NCBI GenBank assembly: GCA_000004985.1
Contig: GG738846.1
Strand: one strand, 5' to 3'
From: Naegleria gruberi
Lineage: Eukaryota
DNA length: 64,000 bases
The position numbers were made by a program, and so were the translations under genes. Shown here in pieces: positions 1 to 11,086 of the stretch (position 1 is the stretch's first letter; every line of letters starts with the position of its first letter). Under the pieces are notes generated by a model, which made no database searches, was not told the origin of the DNA, and was given only the letters and a program-made list of their open reading frames with translations.

Positions 1-131
1 TGAAGCAAAATCTAGAACCCCAACAAAATAATAAATAATTCTGTAAATATGTAAAAATTCATATAATTACCTTCTAAAATTGTAGGAACAAATCTTTGGC
101 GCCAAAGAAAAACCATCACAACTACAAAAAA

Positions 132-584
132 ATGGGAGTACAAGAACTAGTCTCATCAAGAAAAGCAAAGGTTGTATTGACAACCAGTTTAGATGATAAC
201 CATCCAATATCGAACATGTTAGATGATAAGGAAGAATCATTTTGGATCTCAACAGGAATGTTTCCACAGGAAATAATGTTCCAATGTGAGAGTGTATTTA
301 ATATTCAATCAATTAAGATAATTAGCACCGGGAGTAAGTTTGTTACGTGATCCGAAGGAATAATTTATGGAAATTTAGTAAAACAATTAAGAGTAGAATG
401 TACAGATAAAAATCAACCAATCCAATTTCAACAGGTAATGGACAAACAACTTGTTGATGAAGTAGTCCTCCAAGAGGAAGAATTTGAGGTTAAATCAGCT
501 GCAAGATACATTAAATTCAGAATACTAAGTGGTTATCATAATTTTGTTAGTGTGCATTCAATCATTATCAAGGCCGAAACATAA
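132..584 (+). CDS. IFT25: Intraflagellar transport protein 25 (IFT25/HSPB11-like). Exons 132..333 and 379..584, with a 45-nt intron 334..378 (GTAAGT...TTTAG).
   Basis: Translation MGVQELVSSRKAKVVLTTSLDDNHPISNMLDDKEESFWISTGMFPQEIMF... aligns with human HSPB11/IFT25 (TTGMFPQEF core). Splicing restores the C-terminal half (...RYIKFRILSGYHNFVSVHS), which matches the IFT25 C-terminus. The real ATG is at 132; the ORF-track start at 96 is a TTG. Confidence 0.75.
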
Positions 585-646
585 AATGTTGATTTTACAA
601 TTTTTGTAAATTTATTCAAAATCAATATTCTGATCTTATTTTTCAT

Positions 647-1602
647 CTAGCAAAAGTGGAATCCATTTCCTCTTCCACCTGCTGTTAACAAACTGCTAAG
701 AAAACTATTATATGTTGCTTGACCAGTGACAGCTCCAACTTTTGCAGGATTAATTCTACTAGTCATGACTGAAAAACCATTTGGACCTTCCACTTCAATA
801 TCTATGATATGAGATTCCAATCTGGAATCTGCAACAAGTCTAGCCTTAACGAGGTCAAATCCTAGGTTCTCAGCAGCTAATAAAATAAAAAATAATTATA
901 ATGATTAAATAATAATTGATAATAACAAGTTACAAACCCAGAGAAGCTACTGCCATCGTATTGACATTGTTTGGAGCTATTGGACAGAGTGGACGAACAG
1001 GTCCTTCATAAATAACGTACTCCTTTGTAGGGTCATTAAGGGAAATTTGTAACTTTTCTTGCATTTCTGATGTTGTCAATTTCATACTTGCTGGATGTTT
1101 CTTCATGGTGACAGTTAATCCTTTCAAACTTCCTAACATTCCCATCTTTTGAATATCTAAAGATCCCCAAAGGGCACCACTACAGAATTCTCAAATTGAC
1201 TGTTTCATTCAAATAAACTTACCTTGCAATATAACATCCATTGGTTGACGTTTTGGCAATTGACCTTATTTCCTCCTCAACATTGATATCAGCAAAAGCT
1301 GTTGGTGATCCAACAAATAAATCACAACAAGACAAAAATTTAGATCCATATTCTACAATTATATTTGGATGGGCAACTTCTACAATAATATTTGGATTCT
1401 TTTCCTTGAAATTGTCCAAATTATCCAAATGCCATTCGGATTTTAATTGTTTATCTTCCAATACTTTATCAAATGTTCTATTCCACACAAAGGCAATTTC
1501 GAATTTTTTAGAAGCCCTTTCATCATTTAGTATTTTATCAACAAGGAATTGACCCAACAATCCGTAACCAACAATACCAACACGAGTCTTATTGTCTGAC
1601 AT
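647..1602 (-). CDS. ASPDH: Aspartate dehydrogenase domain protein (ASPDH-like). Exons 1223..1602, 938..1179 and 647..876; introns 1180..1222 (43 nt, GTAAGT) and 877..937 (61 nt, GTTTGT donor).
   Basis: The N-terminus MSDNKTRVGIVGYGLLGQ...EIAFVWNR...VEVAHPNII matches human ASPDH (RVGVVGYGRLGQ...FVWNR...VEVAHP). The middle exon carries YEGPVRPLCPIAPNNVNTMA and the last exon ends GNGFHFC*, against human GIHLC. The spliced product is 283 aa, the same length as human ASPDH. Confidence 0.75.
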
Positions 1603-1736
1603 TTTTTTTGATGGTTGTCACTGGTCTATCATTGTAATGATTCGTCAAGTATTTCTTGTTAAATATTTATTGAACGATTTAAAGACAATAAAGAAAAAAT
1701 TAAAAAATTAAATACTAATAATATGAATATTTACAT

Positions 1737-4107
1737 TTATTCATCTGAATCCAGTTTTCTCTTTTTTTCTTGATCTGATGGAGATTTTGGTTTTCTCTTC
1801 TTTTCACCATCTTTCTTTACAGTTTTTCGTTGCATGGCTTCTCTATTTTGTTTCTTTTCCATTTCTGCTCTGCTCTTACTTCTACACCAAAAAGGTTCTG
1901 ATCTACAAACTGGTCTTTGTGAATCAGTTTCAACTATCTGAATGAAACTAATCTTCTTATTGAGTGCAGAGTTTGGAGAGGTATTTCCAAAGCCAAGACT
2001 CATGCTCACTTCTTTAATTGGAGGGAGTTTGACCTTATAGTGATGATCACGTCTCACAGAGACACAAACATCAAATGGTTCATCCGAACTATTTGTTGAT
2101 TTGTTGTTATTCTTTGAGACATCTTCTGTGAATTGAATAATTGAGTTCTCTGATAATAGCTCCATACAAATATCTGGAGTGTTCATAATATTTGTTGTAG
2201 AGAGATCACTTTCCTTTGATAATCCCCCAGCAAGTCCTGTTAAATAGTGAGCACTTCTCATTTCAATAGAATAATTGCCAATGAAGAGATTCATCATGTT
2301 TTGATCGAAAATTGAAATGTCAGCAATAATAGCATCACTACTAAAGAGTGAAGATTTTTCAAAAGCACAAGGTCTAATTCTCAATTTTAAAGTATCATTA
2401 ACAAATACTGAAAGTCTAGTTGGTTTAGCACTCTTATTAACTGTAAATCCCATTGGATCACAAACCATACTGAGAGGTGCCACTTGTTGAGAATCTGAGC
2501 CAGTTGATTCTTCAGCTGAAGAAGAAGTAGATACATCTAATTTACCAAAAAGCCACTTGGAAATGATACAACGAAGTGTAATAGAGTTTGGTCCAGTTAT
2601 TAGAGATTTCAAGTCTTCTTTTGGAAGTACAGCCTTTGATAACAGGGCACATAAACATCTCTCGTGAGGTGTTAATGCAATACCATCAAAATCTGCCTTT
2701 ACAATTGTAACAATTGAATTATCAGAACTGTGAATAAAGTAATCGAATGTTGGTGAAACTTCTCTTGAAGCACTCTCTGCCAAATATTTACCACCTGTAT
2801 TACCGCCTCTTCCTTGACCACCACGTTCTTTTGCTTCTCTTTTTCTTTTCCTCAGTAAAAGAAACTTGTGTGGATGGTTCCATTGTCTCATTATTGATGG
2901 ATAGAGAGGAGGTATTTGAATCAACTTTTTCAGGTTTTACAATGACATTGAATGATTTCTCTTCCTTTTTAAAATCAAAAGAAAGTTTTTCACAAATATC
3001 AACATTTGGATCAATACTTCCAATGATATCATCCAATTCTTGAAAGATGGAAGGTGACAAATTAGACTCCCTACTAAAACCACTGTACTGAGGTTGTTGA
3101 CTATCGGAGAATGTTGCATCATTTGTTGATATATGACTATTACCATTAATTAATGAATCATGTTGAAACGAATAGTTAGTGGAGGTATTATTATTTTGAA
3201 CTGTGCTAGTATTATTGTTTGCTACGTTGAGATGGTTCATTGAGGATAAGGTTTGGACAGTTGTTGGTCTTTGTTTGAGCATGTTTTCCAACATGAAAAG
3301 CCATGGCTTGGCAACATCTTCCATCTCTTGATGTAAATTATGAGATGATTGACTTGTCCCCATTAACATTAATTCACTCAGCATACTTGTTGGTTGAATA
3401 TTTGTTTGATTACTATTATTGATAGAGTTCGTGTAGGGCTGTGGAGTACTACTCATCAATAAATTATTGCTACTAATAGCACCATTGTGGTTCATTGAAG
3501 GCATGGGTTGTTGTTGTTGAGGAGGAGGAGTAGCAGTATTATTAGTTACATTGGTGGCTGTCAATGAAGATAGTACAGAAAGAAGACTTGGCGGTTGAAC
3601 AGAGTTGTTGACTACAACCATTGAAGTTGAATTATTGGATGGTATCATACTTGTGCCATGATTATACAGGGTTTGTTGGTGGTTAGGTATATTGTTATTA
3701 TTATTATTATTGGGTGTAGTCATGTTCATTAGAATATTCTGACTCAAAGCTTGATTCATTAAAACCAATTGGTTGTACAATAATTGTTGGTGGAGAAGAG
3801 ATTCATTCGTGATACTTGGAGTATTGGTATGAGTTGTAATACCACCACTACCAGCAAGAATAGGTTGGTGGACACTTTGAGTGGAACATTGAATAGGGTT
3901 GGTATTAATTATTGGTTGCGTAAAAGTACTATTATTTGAAGGTGGGTGAATGTGGTTGGATGAATAGTTTTGAATGTTATTGGTGATGGTGGATGGAAGA
4001 TGTTGTTGCTGAGGGGATGCAATAGATGCATTATTGGTGACTAGATTATTGTTACCAAGGAGAGTTTCAAAAAGTTGTTGTTGGTGGTGGTTGTACATTA
4101 TGTTCAA
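1737..4107 (-). CDS. Q/N/S/T-rich nuclear protein, probably a transcription-factor-like gene. It is built from two long ORFs (2800..4107 and 1737..2924) that overlap in different frames and are presumably joined by a very short intron or a 1-nt frame correction.
   Basis: The upstream ORF (435 aa) is poly-N/poly-Q rich and ends in a basic NLS-like stretch KKKRSKRTWWSRKRR. The downstream ORF (395 aa, no ATG) continues with a conserved-looking globular region (SPTFDYFIHSSDNSIVTIVKADFDGIALTP...) and a basic C-terminal tail. Neither ORF alone is a credible gene. Confidence 0.5.
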
Positions 4108-4690
4108 AATAAATTAGTGAGAGCGTTTTCAATTATTATTAATTGTTGAGGAGAGGAGGTGACAATGTAAAATACACAATGATGACGATAAATTAATATT
4201 GGGTGTGTTAGATGCAATAGAGTTATTCTCTGATAGAGACCTGTCAACCACTTTCTCGCGCTTCTAATGGTCAAGATGCTTGATCTATTCAGTTTTTTTG
4301 TTGGAGAATTAATACGGAAGGCAACTTGTCAACATTAGTGTGCGACAACATTGATACATTTGGAAAGTATTTTGGCTTGTACAAATGATTAAACAGAGGT
4401 CAATATGTGTATGATAATAAGTATTTAAAATAAATATTTAAGAAAGGTTTACAATACACGTAATGGTTTTTTAAATGTAATAATCAATAAAATATTTTTA
4501 TCAAAATTAACAAATTAGAGGCCTTAATTTGAGGGATAAAGCGAAAGACATAATATCCTTTCCATTTTTGTACATGTTGTGTTTTTAGATACCAGGTACC
4601 TGTGACATTTCAGGAATTGTTTTGAAATGTTTAAATTACAATTTTGTAAACCAAAACATTAGTTTTTGAATTTTTTGAAAATCTAATTGT

Positions 4691-5286
4691 TTACTTTTGG
4701 AAATGTTTTGCTCTGATACAACGAATTAATTTATCATTTTCAAAATCGCAATGTGTCTTTTGTGCTCTTGTGGATTGTAAACATATGAAGAAATTAAGTT
4801 GAAGGAATTCACAATCATGAATTGGTAAGGTTTGGTCTTTAGCTTGTTTTCCCTGATTAATGATTGTTTCCAAATATGCAGGTCTATCCCATTGTGTTTT
4901 TCCACTCATTCTTTCAAAATAGTAAATGTCTCCTGGACTTCCTCCTTGTATTGATGGTGATTGAGAATTGTTTTGATTTGATCCTTGATCGATTATTTGA
5001 GCGGAACCCCAATTTCCGTGTTGTTGGTAAAAATTATTTGCAAAACCTTCCAAGCACTTCCACATTTGTTGTTCTGCTTGTTGGGCTTGGTTTGGGTCAA
5101 TAGTTGTTTGTGCTCTTATTTCCAACATTTTTCTATTCAATGGTTTACATGGTCCTAATAATGCAGCAGCAATCATATCCCTACGAATTTGGTCATTTTC
5201 GACAGCCTTTGGGGTTTCTGTTTCCTCGCTGGTATTGTTTCCGAATAATGAAAAACCTGATGATGAAGAGGTATCGTCTTTGCTCA
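4691..5286 (-). CDS. WW-domain-containing protein (MSKDDTSSSSGFSLFG...). The C-terminus is uncertain and may have a short 3' intron.
   Basis: This is an ORF with an ATG at 5286. It contains a WW-like motif, GSPGDIYYFERMSGKTQWDRPAY. I could not find a strong homolog. Confidence 0.4.
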
Positions 5287-5448
5287 TTTTTATTTTTATT
5301 AAAAAAAATGTAAAATATTGATTGAAGTAGTTTATTGTCAATCAAAATGGCCAAGAAATTGTGGAATTAATTCTGTCATTACAATTTCATTTAAATAATT
5401 ATTTAAATGATGATAATTTTGTTTTATTGAACATTCATTCCGAAGACT

Positions 5449-7070
5449 TTAAATTTTTGAAAAACTCTTAATAGGAAAACTAGAACTCGAGTAAGACAAT
5501 GAATTGTCTTTCTTTTTTTTGGATCCTGTCATGAAGGTATTATCAGAATCTTTGGCAATATCATCTTTTTTTGAAACATCACCCACCAAAATCTTTTCCT
5601 TCACATACTTTTGCATTTCTGTAGAAAATGGTTCGAGATGGCTGGAGCTATAACTACTCATATATGAGGCATTGTATACAAAGGAGTCATCCACGTGTGT
5701 ATCACCCAAAAAATCCATAGATTCAGAAAGATGACTTGCATTCAGGAATGATTCATCGCTCGTTCTTTTTTGTTTATCACTCTTTAAGGATTTTGCTGGA
5801 CTACCAAAATCTTTCAAACTTGAAGATGAATAGAGTGGACTCTTGGTCGGATTTTCATGATCAAAATTTGATTTCTCTGAATTAACAGAAATTGTGCTAT
5901 GACTCAAATGTTGTGAATTTGTTGGGACCGACTTCTTACTCGATTGGGAGCTATTTAAACGAGAGGATTGAGAACTACCTAGTCTTATTGGAGAATTAGA
6001 GATTGTTGGACTGATCATGGCTGAATATCTATTGCTATGAGTATCACTTCTGTTGGCAGATTTTTCCAGTAAACTAGAGTTTTGACCAGTTTTAGGTTGC
6101 AAGCTACTTATATTGTTTGTCATACTCTCGTTAACTTGGCTAGTGTTGGAAAATTTTGTTGAGCTTGTCAGGTTATTTTTAAGGGATGAAGTCATGTTAG
6201 AAGCTGAGCTTGATGAGGTTCTACTACTTGGATTTTGAGTGAAGAAGTTATTGGATGCGTTTAATGGAGGTTGACGAGGTTGTGGCTCTTGTTCGATATC
6301 ATGGAAATTAGATTGGTCTTGCTTTTCGGAGTGTTGAATTGATTCTTTTGAGTTGAACGAATCAACCTTATTACATACTTCTTCCAATTTTTTCAAAATG
6401 AGTTCAATAGTTTCAGATTGACTTTGAATGATTTGTTTCATTTCTCTACTTTCTACTAGTAGCATATCAATTTTTTTATCCTTTTCGAAAAAGATGGAGC
6501 TTTCTACTGACTTGTCTGTCATGAATGATGTTTCATTGTTAGCTGTGTTATTAAATTGTTCCTTCATAGATTCCTCTGTCATTCCAGTAGAATATGGAGA
6601 ATAAAAAGGTGGATAGAATGGAAAAAATTGATAAGGATTAGGATAGATAGGATATTGAGGTTCCATTTGTAATTGTCTTGTTGATTTTTTTTGTTTCGTT
6701 GTTGACTGTGGTGGGAGAGCAGTCTTTTGGTAAGTAGCACTAGGGTGAAAACCTTTGGAAGCTGGTTGAGTTTGGTGTTTAGCATGTCTGTTGTTATTGG
6801 ATTGAGTAGGACATTGTTCCTCATTATCACTCTCCTCCGAAGGATTATAAAAATGTTGGAGAATGTTTCCCCTCACTTGGTTGGCTATTGTAGAAGACGG
6901 CTTTGAAGAAGGTTTTTCTTTTTTCATTTGGTTGTGTTGCTCCATGTGCATTACCTCATACGCATCACTGTTATCCTCTTCCCCAAACAATTGTTGATCA
7001 ACTTGTTCACTAGAGAAGTAGGAAGAAAGGTTTTGTCTTGGACCGGTGTTGTGTTTTTGGTGGGGTTTCA
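5449..7070 (-). CDS. Ser/Thr/Asn-rich low-complexity protein of unknown function, starting MKPHQKHNTG.
   Basis: This is a 540-aa ORF with an ATG at 7070. It is S/T/N-rich with a short coiled-coil near the C-terminus. The longer ORF-track start at 7140 is not an ATG. Confidence 0.45.
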
Positions 7071-7217
7071 TTTTTTTTGATTTTGTTTGAATACAAACAT
7101 TTTGTAGTTGTATTCCATTGAATAGGCGCCAATTGACCAAACAAACAAAATGAAGGACCCAAGTTCGAACTGAAACTTGATAAAATGCGTGATTGTTTTA
7201 AAAATACAAAGATTATT

Positions 7218-8721
7218 TTATTTAGTGAGGGCTTTTGCTCGTTCAAAGAGTGAATCCATTACAGAGTCCATATTTTCAATAGTTTCCAATGCAGCAGGAT
7301 AACATTCATCCTTCTTTGTTTCCTCATATACAATAATACAATCATTTCCTTGATCAAGAATACCATTAAGTTTGTTATCAAGAATCATTTGAGAAAGTTT
7401 TCTTTCAACTCTTGTACGAGGAAGATCAATCAATGAAGAAACGTGAGTAATTTGAACACGAGAGAATGGTTCAATAATTCTCAAAAGATGTTGTTCCAAT
7501 AAATTGTCATATAATTCTGAAAGGTGGGAACTAATAATCGGATCATTTTTCAATTCTCCTTCAAATTCAGATAATGCCTTTTCAAAAGAGTGAAGTGACC
7601 TTTCTTGATATGCAACAGAAACAGCCTTCATAGAATCAACTTCTCTACCAGTATATTTGAGAGCAGTCTTTGTACTGAGGAGTGTTTGAACATCATCAGG
7701 CTGTAAAGTTGGTAAAAAGTCATAATTATTCTAAGAATAACTTACATTATTTGTACAAACTTTACAGAGCAACATGTATTTAAGACACATGACAGCAGTA
7801 TAATCATCAAAGTTACTGTAACCTTCAAAAGCTTCAAAGAAATAAGAGAAGGCAGTCTTGTAATCCTTTTCTTCAGCATGCAATACACCAGATTGCATAT
7901 CAATTTCTGCTTGAAGGAGTGGAGGACAGTAGATAGCATTTGCATCTGTTCTAGCGGATGTGAGAGCAGCTCTTGATTTTGAAAGATTTCTAAGAGAATG
8001 GTAAACCTTACTTTCCAACAACTATAAATTATTGGCTTAATAATTATTTTTAAAGAAACAACATACGTGAATTTCAACTAACAATGCCTTGTCATCTAAT
8101 TTTCTGACTTCTCTCAATAATCTAGTAATTATTTCAAGAGATTCAGTAAATTCCTTCTTAATAAATAATAAATTGGCCAATCTTGATTCAATACGTTGAC
8201 GCAAGAAACTTCTCTTCTCAGTTGTTGCCCACTCGATAGATTCTCTACAAATTTCAATTTGAATTGCATCACTTCCTTTAATTGTACCAACTAATTCAAT
8301 AAGAGTTCTAACAATTTTTGCTGTTTTGGCCTTTGGAAGATCTTGGAAGAATGGTCGGATAGATTTGTTTAATTCCATGATGGCTTGAGCATCACTTTTT
8401 ATACTGTAAATATATTAAAAATCTATTAAAATACTAACCCTTTAGTGGCATAAATCTTACCGAGACTATAGATAGCCTCTTCCTTCTTTTTAATTATTAC
8501 TTCATTCTTTTTAGACACTATTAATTGATCAATTCAATAAATGATTAACCCGATCCGATTAATAAATATTATTATTAAAATTACTACATACTCTCCCCAT
8601 TAATTACTTGAGTAAAAAGTTTGATGGCTTCAGCAGTGTTTTGTTTTTCTTCCTCTTTTGTTGCCTTTTCAAAAAGGGTTGTATAAAACGTTTGTTGATC
8701 AGATGTTGTATTGTCAGTCAT
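7218..8721 (-). CDS. PSMD11: 26S proteasome regulatory subunit RPN6/PSMD11. Five exons: 8592..8721, 8439..8517, 8077..8403, 7746..8031 and 7218..7700. Introns: 8518..8591 (74 nt), 8404..8438 (35 nt), 8032..8076 (45 nt) and 7701..7745 (45 nt).
   Basis: The exon translations join into a 434-aa protein that is colinear with human PSMD11 (422 aa). Examples: KALLVEIH|[42 protein letters not shown]|PDDVQTLL, and the PCI-domain C-terminus [32 protein letters not shown]. The 45-nt in-frame introns each carry stop codons, so they cannot be read through. Confidence 0.8.
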
Positions 8722-8820
8722 TTTTTACTTGTTTGAAGCTAAAATTAAAGCGAATCATAAAAATTTTATGTAATTCCAAAAATAACTTGCTATTCCTTGC
8801 AAAAACAGGCTTAAAAAAAC

Positions 8821-8905
8821 AACTGGTGAGAGTCGGATTTGAACCCACGCCCTTCGTCTTAGAAAACTGTATCTCTCATTTTGTTTTAAGGTAAACTCCC
8901 TGGAA
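8821..8905 (-). other. tRNA-like fragment with a T-arm and 3' acceptor motif (GGGTTCAAATCCGACTCTCACCA). It is a probable truncated tRNA pseudogene or tRNA-derived element.
   Basis: The minus strand reads ...GAAGGGCGTGGGTTCAAATCCGACTCTCACCA, which has a canonical GGTTCAAATCC T-loop. No complete 5' acceptor, D-arm and anticodon arm can be folded from the upstream sequence, since only about 23 nt separate the candidate 5' acceptor from the T-stem. Confidence 0.3.
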
Positions 8906-9005
8906 GCAATATTGCTTTATTACTCCATCCAATCAAAAATATTCCTGCTTTGCATTTATTTAAATTTGATTTATTCTAATCTTAATTTTTGTAATGCAGT
9001 AAAAA

Positions 9006-11078
9006 ATGAAAGGACAGAGGTCTGTGGCCCTTGCACTTGGTGGACGTTATCTGATAAGCAAAAAGACAATGTGTTGGAAGTTTGGAAAATCTATCAAGTC
9101 TACTACCTCTTCAAAAATTAAAAATCATTCGCTTGTTGCTTGCTATCACTGTAAAAAATACAACCCTTCTACCGGAACTAAATACCACCAATATTTCGGA
9201 TCATCTCTAGAGGCAGGTGTTAATTTATTGAAAAGAAAAGAAATTGAATATTTGACAAAATTACAAATTAGAAGCTATTCAACAAATAATTTATATAGTG
9301 ATACTTTTCTTTTTGATGCAGAAACATTTGCTACTAATTTAAGAATTTATTTTGAAGATCCTCCTCTTGAATTGCATGAAGAAGAAAGTGATGCTCCAGT
9401 TGAGCATCACCAACTTCCCAACGAAGAGGCACACGATAATGATATTGTTTCCCTGACAATATCAGACATTATGCCATATCAACCACATGAATTTTTCACC
9501 CAGAAGCTAAGGTACTACATTGATCATAGCTTGGAAAAAATCAAGTCACAACCAGTAGGTGTAAAGAATGCAGATGCATTTGCTTTTTTTATTAATGGAG
9601 GAAAGGGCGTTGGAAAGACTAGAAATACGATTGAAACTGTCGAAGAAATGACATTAGAATATGGTGATAGGTTTTCTAAATTAATGTATTTGTATGCTCC
9701 ATTTCTGAATATGTGCCCTCTTGCAGAGGAAGAGGAAATGTTTGGAAGAGAAGAGTTACTTAATTTTCAAAAATCAAAGAAGCTAATTACAGCACGTATG
9801 ATTTATTCATATTTTACACAATCTATTGATTCATCTGAAGTTAGATCGTATAGAGACTTTCTTGAACACTGTTATCATTTCATTCCAGACAATATCAGTC
9901 ATGTTTCAGAAATTATTAAGTATGATTTGGATCTTGATAATGATGAAAGTCTTGGTCTTTTCATAGTAATGGATGATTGTGATGAATTATTACGAGTTAA
10001 ATTTGAAAATGTAATTACTCACACACCATATAGTTTATTATTGAGAATGTACAATGAATTACCAGGGGTTTTTACAGATAGACAAAATACAACATTTATT
10101 CCAATTATGGTAGGAAAAGATATTGAAGGAATGACTCAGGATTGGATACATAAGCTTGGACCTACACGTCCAACATATTCTGGAAGCTCATATCAAAAAA
10201 ATGAAACATTTACCGTTTGCCAATTTCCACTTTTAAACCAAGATCAAGTTGAAAATATAGTTGATAACATGTTTGACCGAAAAGGACAAATTCCAATAGA
10301 AGATGAGGAAGGAACAGGACAGTTTATTGATAAGGAAAATTGGCGAGATTGCAAAAGTTTTTTAACAGCTCTCGCAATGATAGGTGGGCATCCACTTGCT
10401 CTTGAACATTTCTTACTCTTTATTGCTTCAGTACAATATTTACACAGAGACTTTTTTAATTTTCAATATGCCGTAGAGAAAACCAAATATGAGCTTAGAA
10501 AAACCTACGATCTTACAGAGTTAGGTCTTAAATGCACTGATAATCAAATAGAAAAGATTATTATTAGTCTTTTATCTGATAGACAAATACTTGAGGTGAC
10601 AGGGTACAAAAATTATGAGTTTACAAATTTTTACACTTTCATGAATTCAGGAATAATATTTCCAGTTATCAAACCGGAAGAAGACGAAGTTATAGAATAT
10701 AATAACTTTTATAATTTAGAAAGGGTTGTTAATGTACCCTTTATATTCCTTGATGAGTTAATTGAGCAAATTCCAGAGGAAAGCAAGAGTAAGGAAATTT
10801 TTAGAAATCTTGCTACCGCTCTCAAGAATCTTTTAGATTTACAATTATTAGAGGAACCAATACCTAGAAAGCAAATCAAGATTATCAACACCAAGTACTA
10901 TGATGCCATGAAAGAAGTCAAGAGAAGAGTTAGGAAACCACCAGAAACAGATATTATTCCAGTTTTTTGGAGAAATGTACCTGCAGAAACACCAGAATTC
11001 TATTCCAGTTATGTTAGACATCTTTTGTCTTGCTATTTCCATAACTGGAAGGTTGTATTAGACAAAAATTTAAAGTAA
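9006..11078 (+). CDS. Lineage-specific P-loop NTPase (Walker A motif GGKGVGKT). The function is unknown and the true start may be the internal Met near 9072.
   Basis: This is a long intronless ORF of 690 aa. It has a Walker-A motif FINGGKGVGKTRN, followed by a DD(C)DE-like acidic box, IVMDDCDELL. I recognised no ortholog. Confidence 0.5.
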   Translation: MKGQRSVALALGGRYLISKKTMCWKFGKSIKSTTSSKIKNHSLVACYHCKKYNPSTGTKYHQYFGSSLEAGVNLLKRKEIEYLTKLQIRSYSTNNLYSDTFLFDAETFATNLRIYFEDPPLELHEEESDAPVEHHQLPNEEAHDNDIVSLTISDIMPYQPHEFFTQKLRYYIDHSLEKIKSQPVGVKNADAFAFFINGGKGVGKTRNTIETVEEMTLEYGDRFSKLMYLYAPFLNMCPLAEEEEMFGREELLNFQKSKKLITARMIYSYFTQSIDSSEVRSYRDFLEHCYHFIPDNISHVSEIIKYDLDLDNDESLGLFIVMDDCDELLRVKFENVITHTPYSLLLRMYNELPGVFTDRQNTTFIPIMVGKDIEGMTQDWIHKLGPTRPTYSGSSYQKNETFTVCQFPLLNQDQVENIVDNMFDRKGQIPIEDEEGTGQFIDKENWRDCKSFLTALAMIGGHPLALEHFLLFIASVQYLHRDFFNFQYAVEKTKYELRKTYDLTELGLKCTDNQIEKIIISLLSDRQILEVTGYKNYEFTNFYTFMNSGIIFPVIKPEEDEVIEYNNFYNLERVVNVPFIFLDELIEQIPEESKSKEIFRNLATALKNLLDLQLLEEPIPRKQIKIINTKYYDAMKEVKRRVRKPPETDIIPVFWRNVPAETPEFYSSYVRHLLSCYFHNWKVVLDKNLK

Positions 11079-11086
11079 TAATATGA

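Noticed and set aside
67-350. ORF-track starts at TTG, GTG or CTG, for example 96..350, 23058.., 48120.., 49919.. and 37952.
   Set aside because: In each case homology shows that the true start is an ATG elsewhere, or that the ORF start is an internal exon boundary. Non-ATG initiation is not needed.
4230-4340. A locally GC-richer segment (CTTTCTCGCGCTTCTAATGGTCAAGATGCTTGATCTATTCAG) in the 3' intergenic region that loosely resembles the 5' end of U2 snRNA.
   Set aside because: The U2 branch-point recognition box (GUAGUA) and the Sm site are absent, and the similarity is short and patchy. I cannot support an ncRNA call from sequence alone.
7701-8076. The possibility that the in-frame 45-nt segments in PSMD11 are read through as coding sequence rather than spliced.
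   Set aside because: Each contains an in-frame stop codon and begins with GTAAGT or GTATGT and ends in TAG or CAG. Removing them restores residue-level colinearity with human PSMD11.
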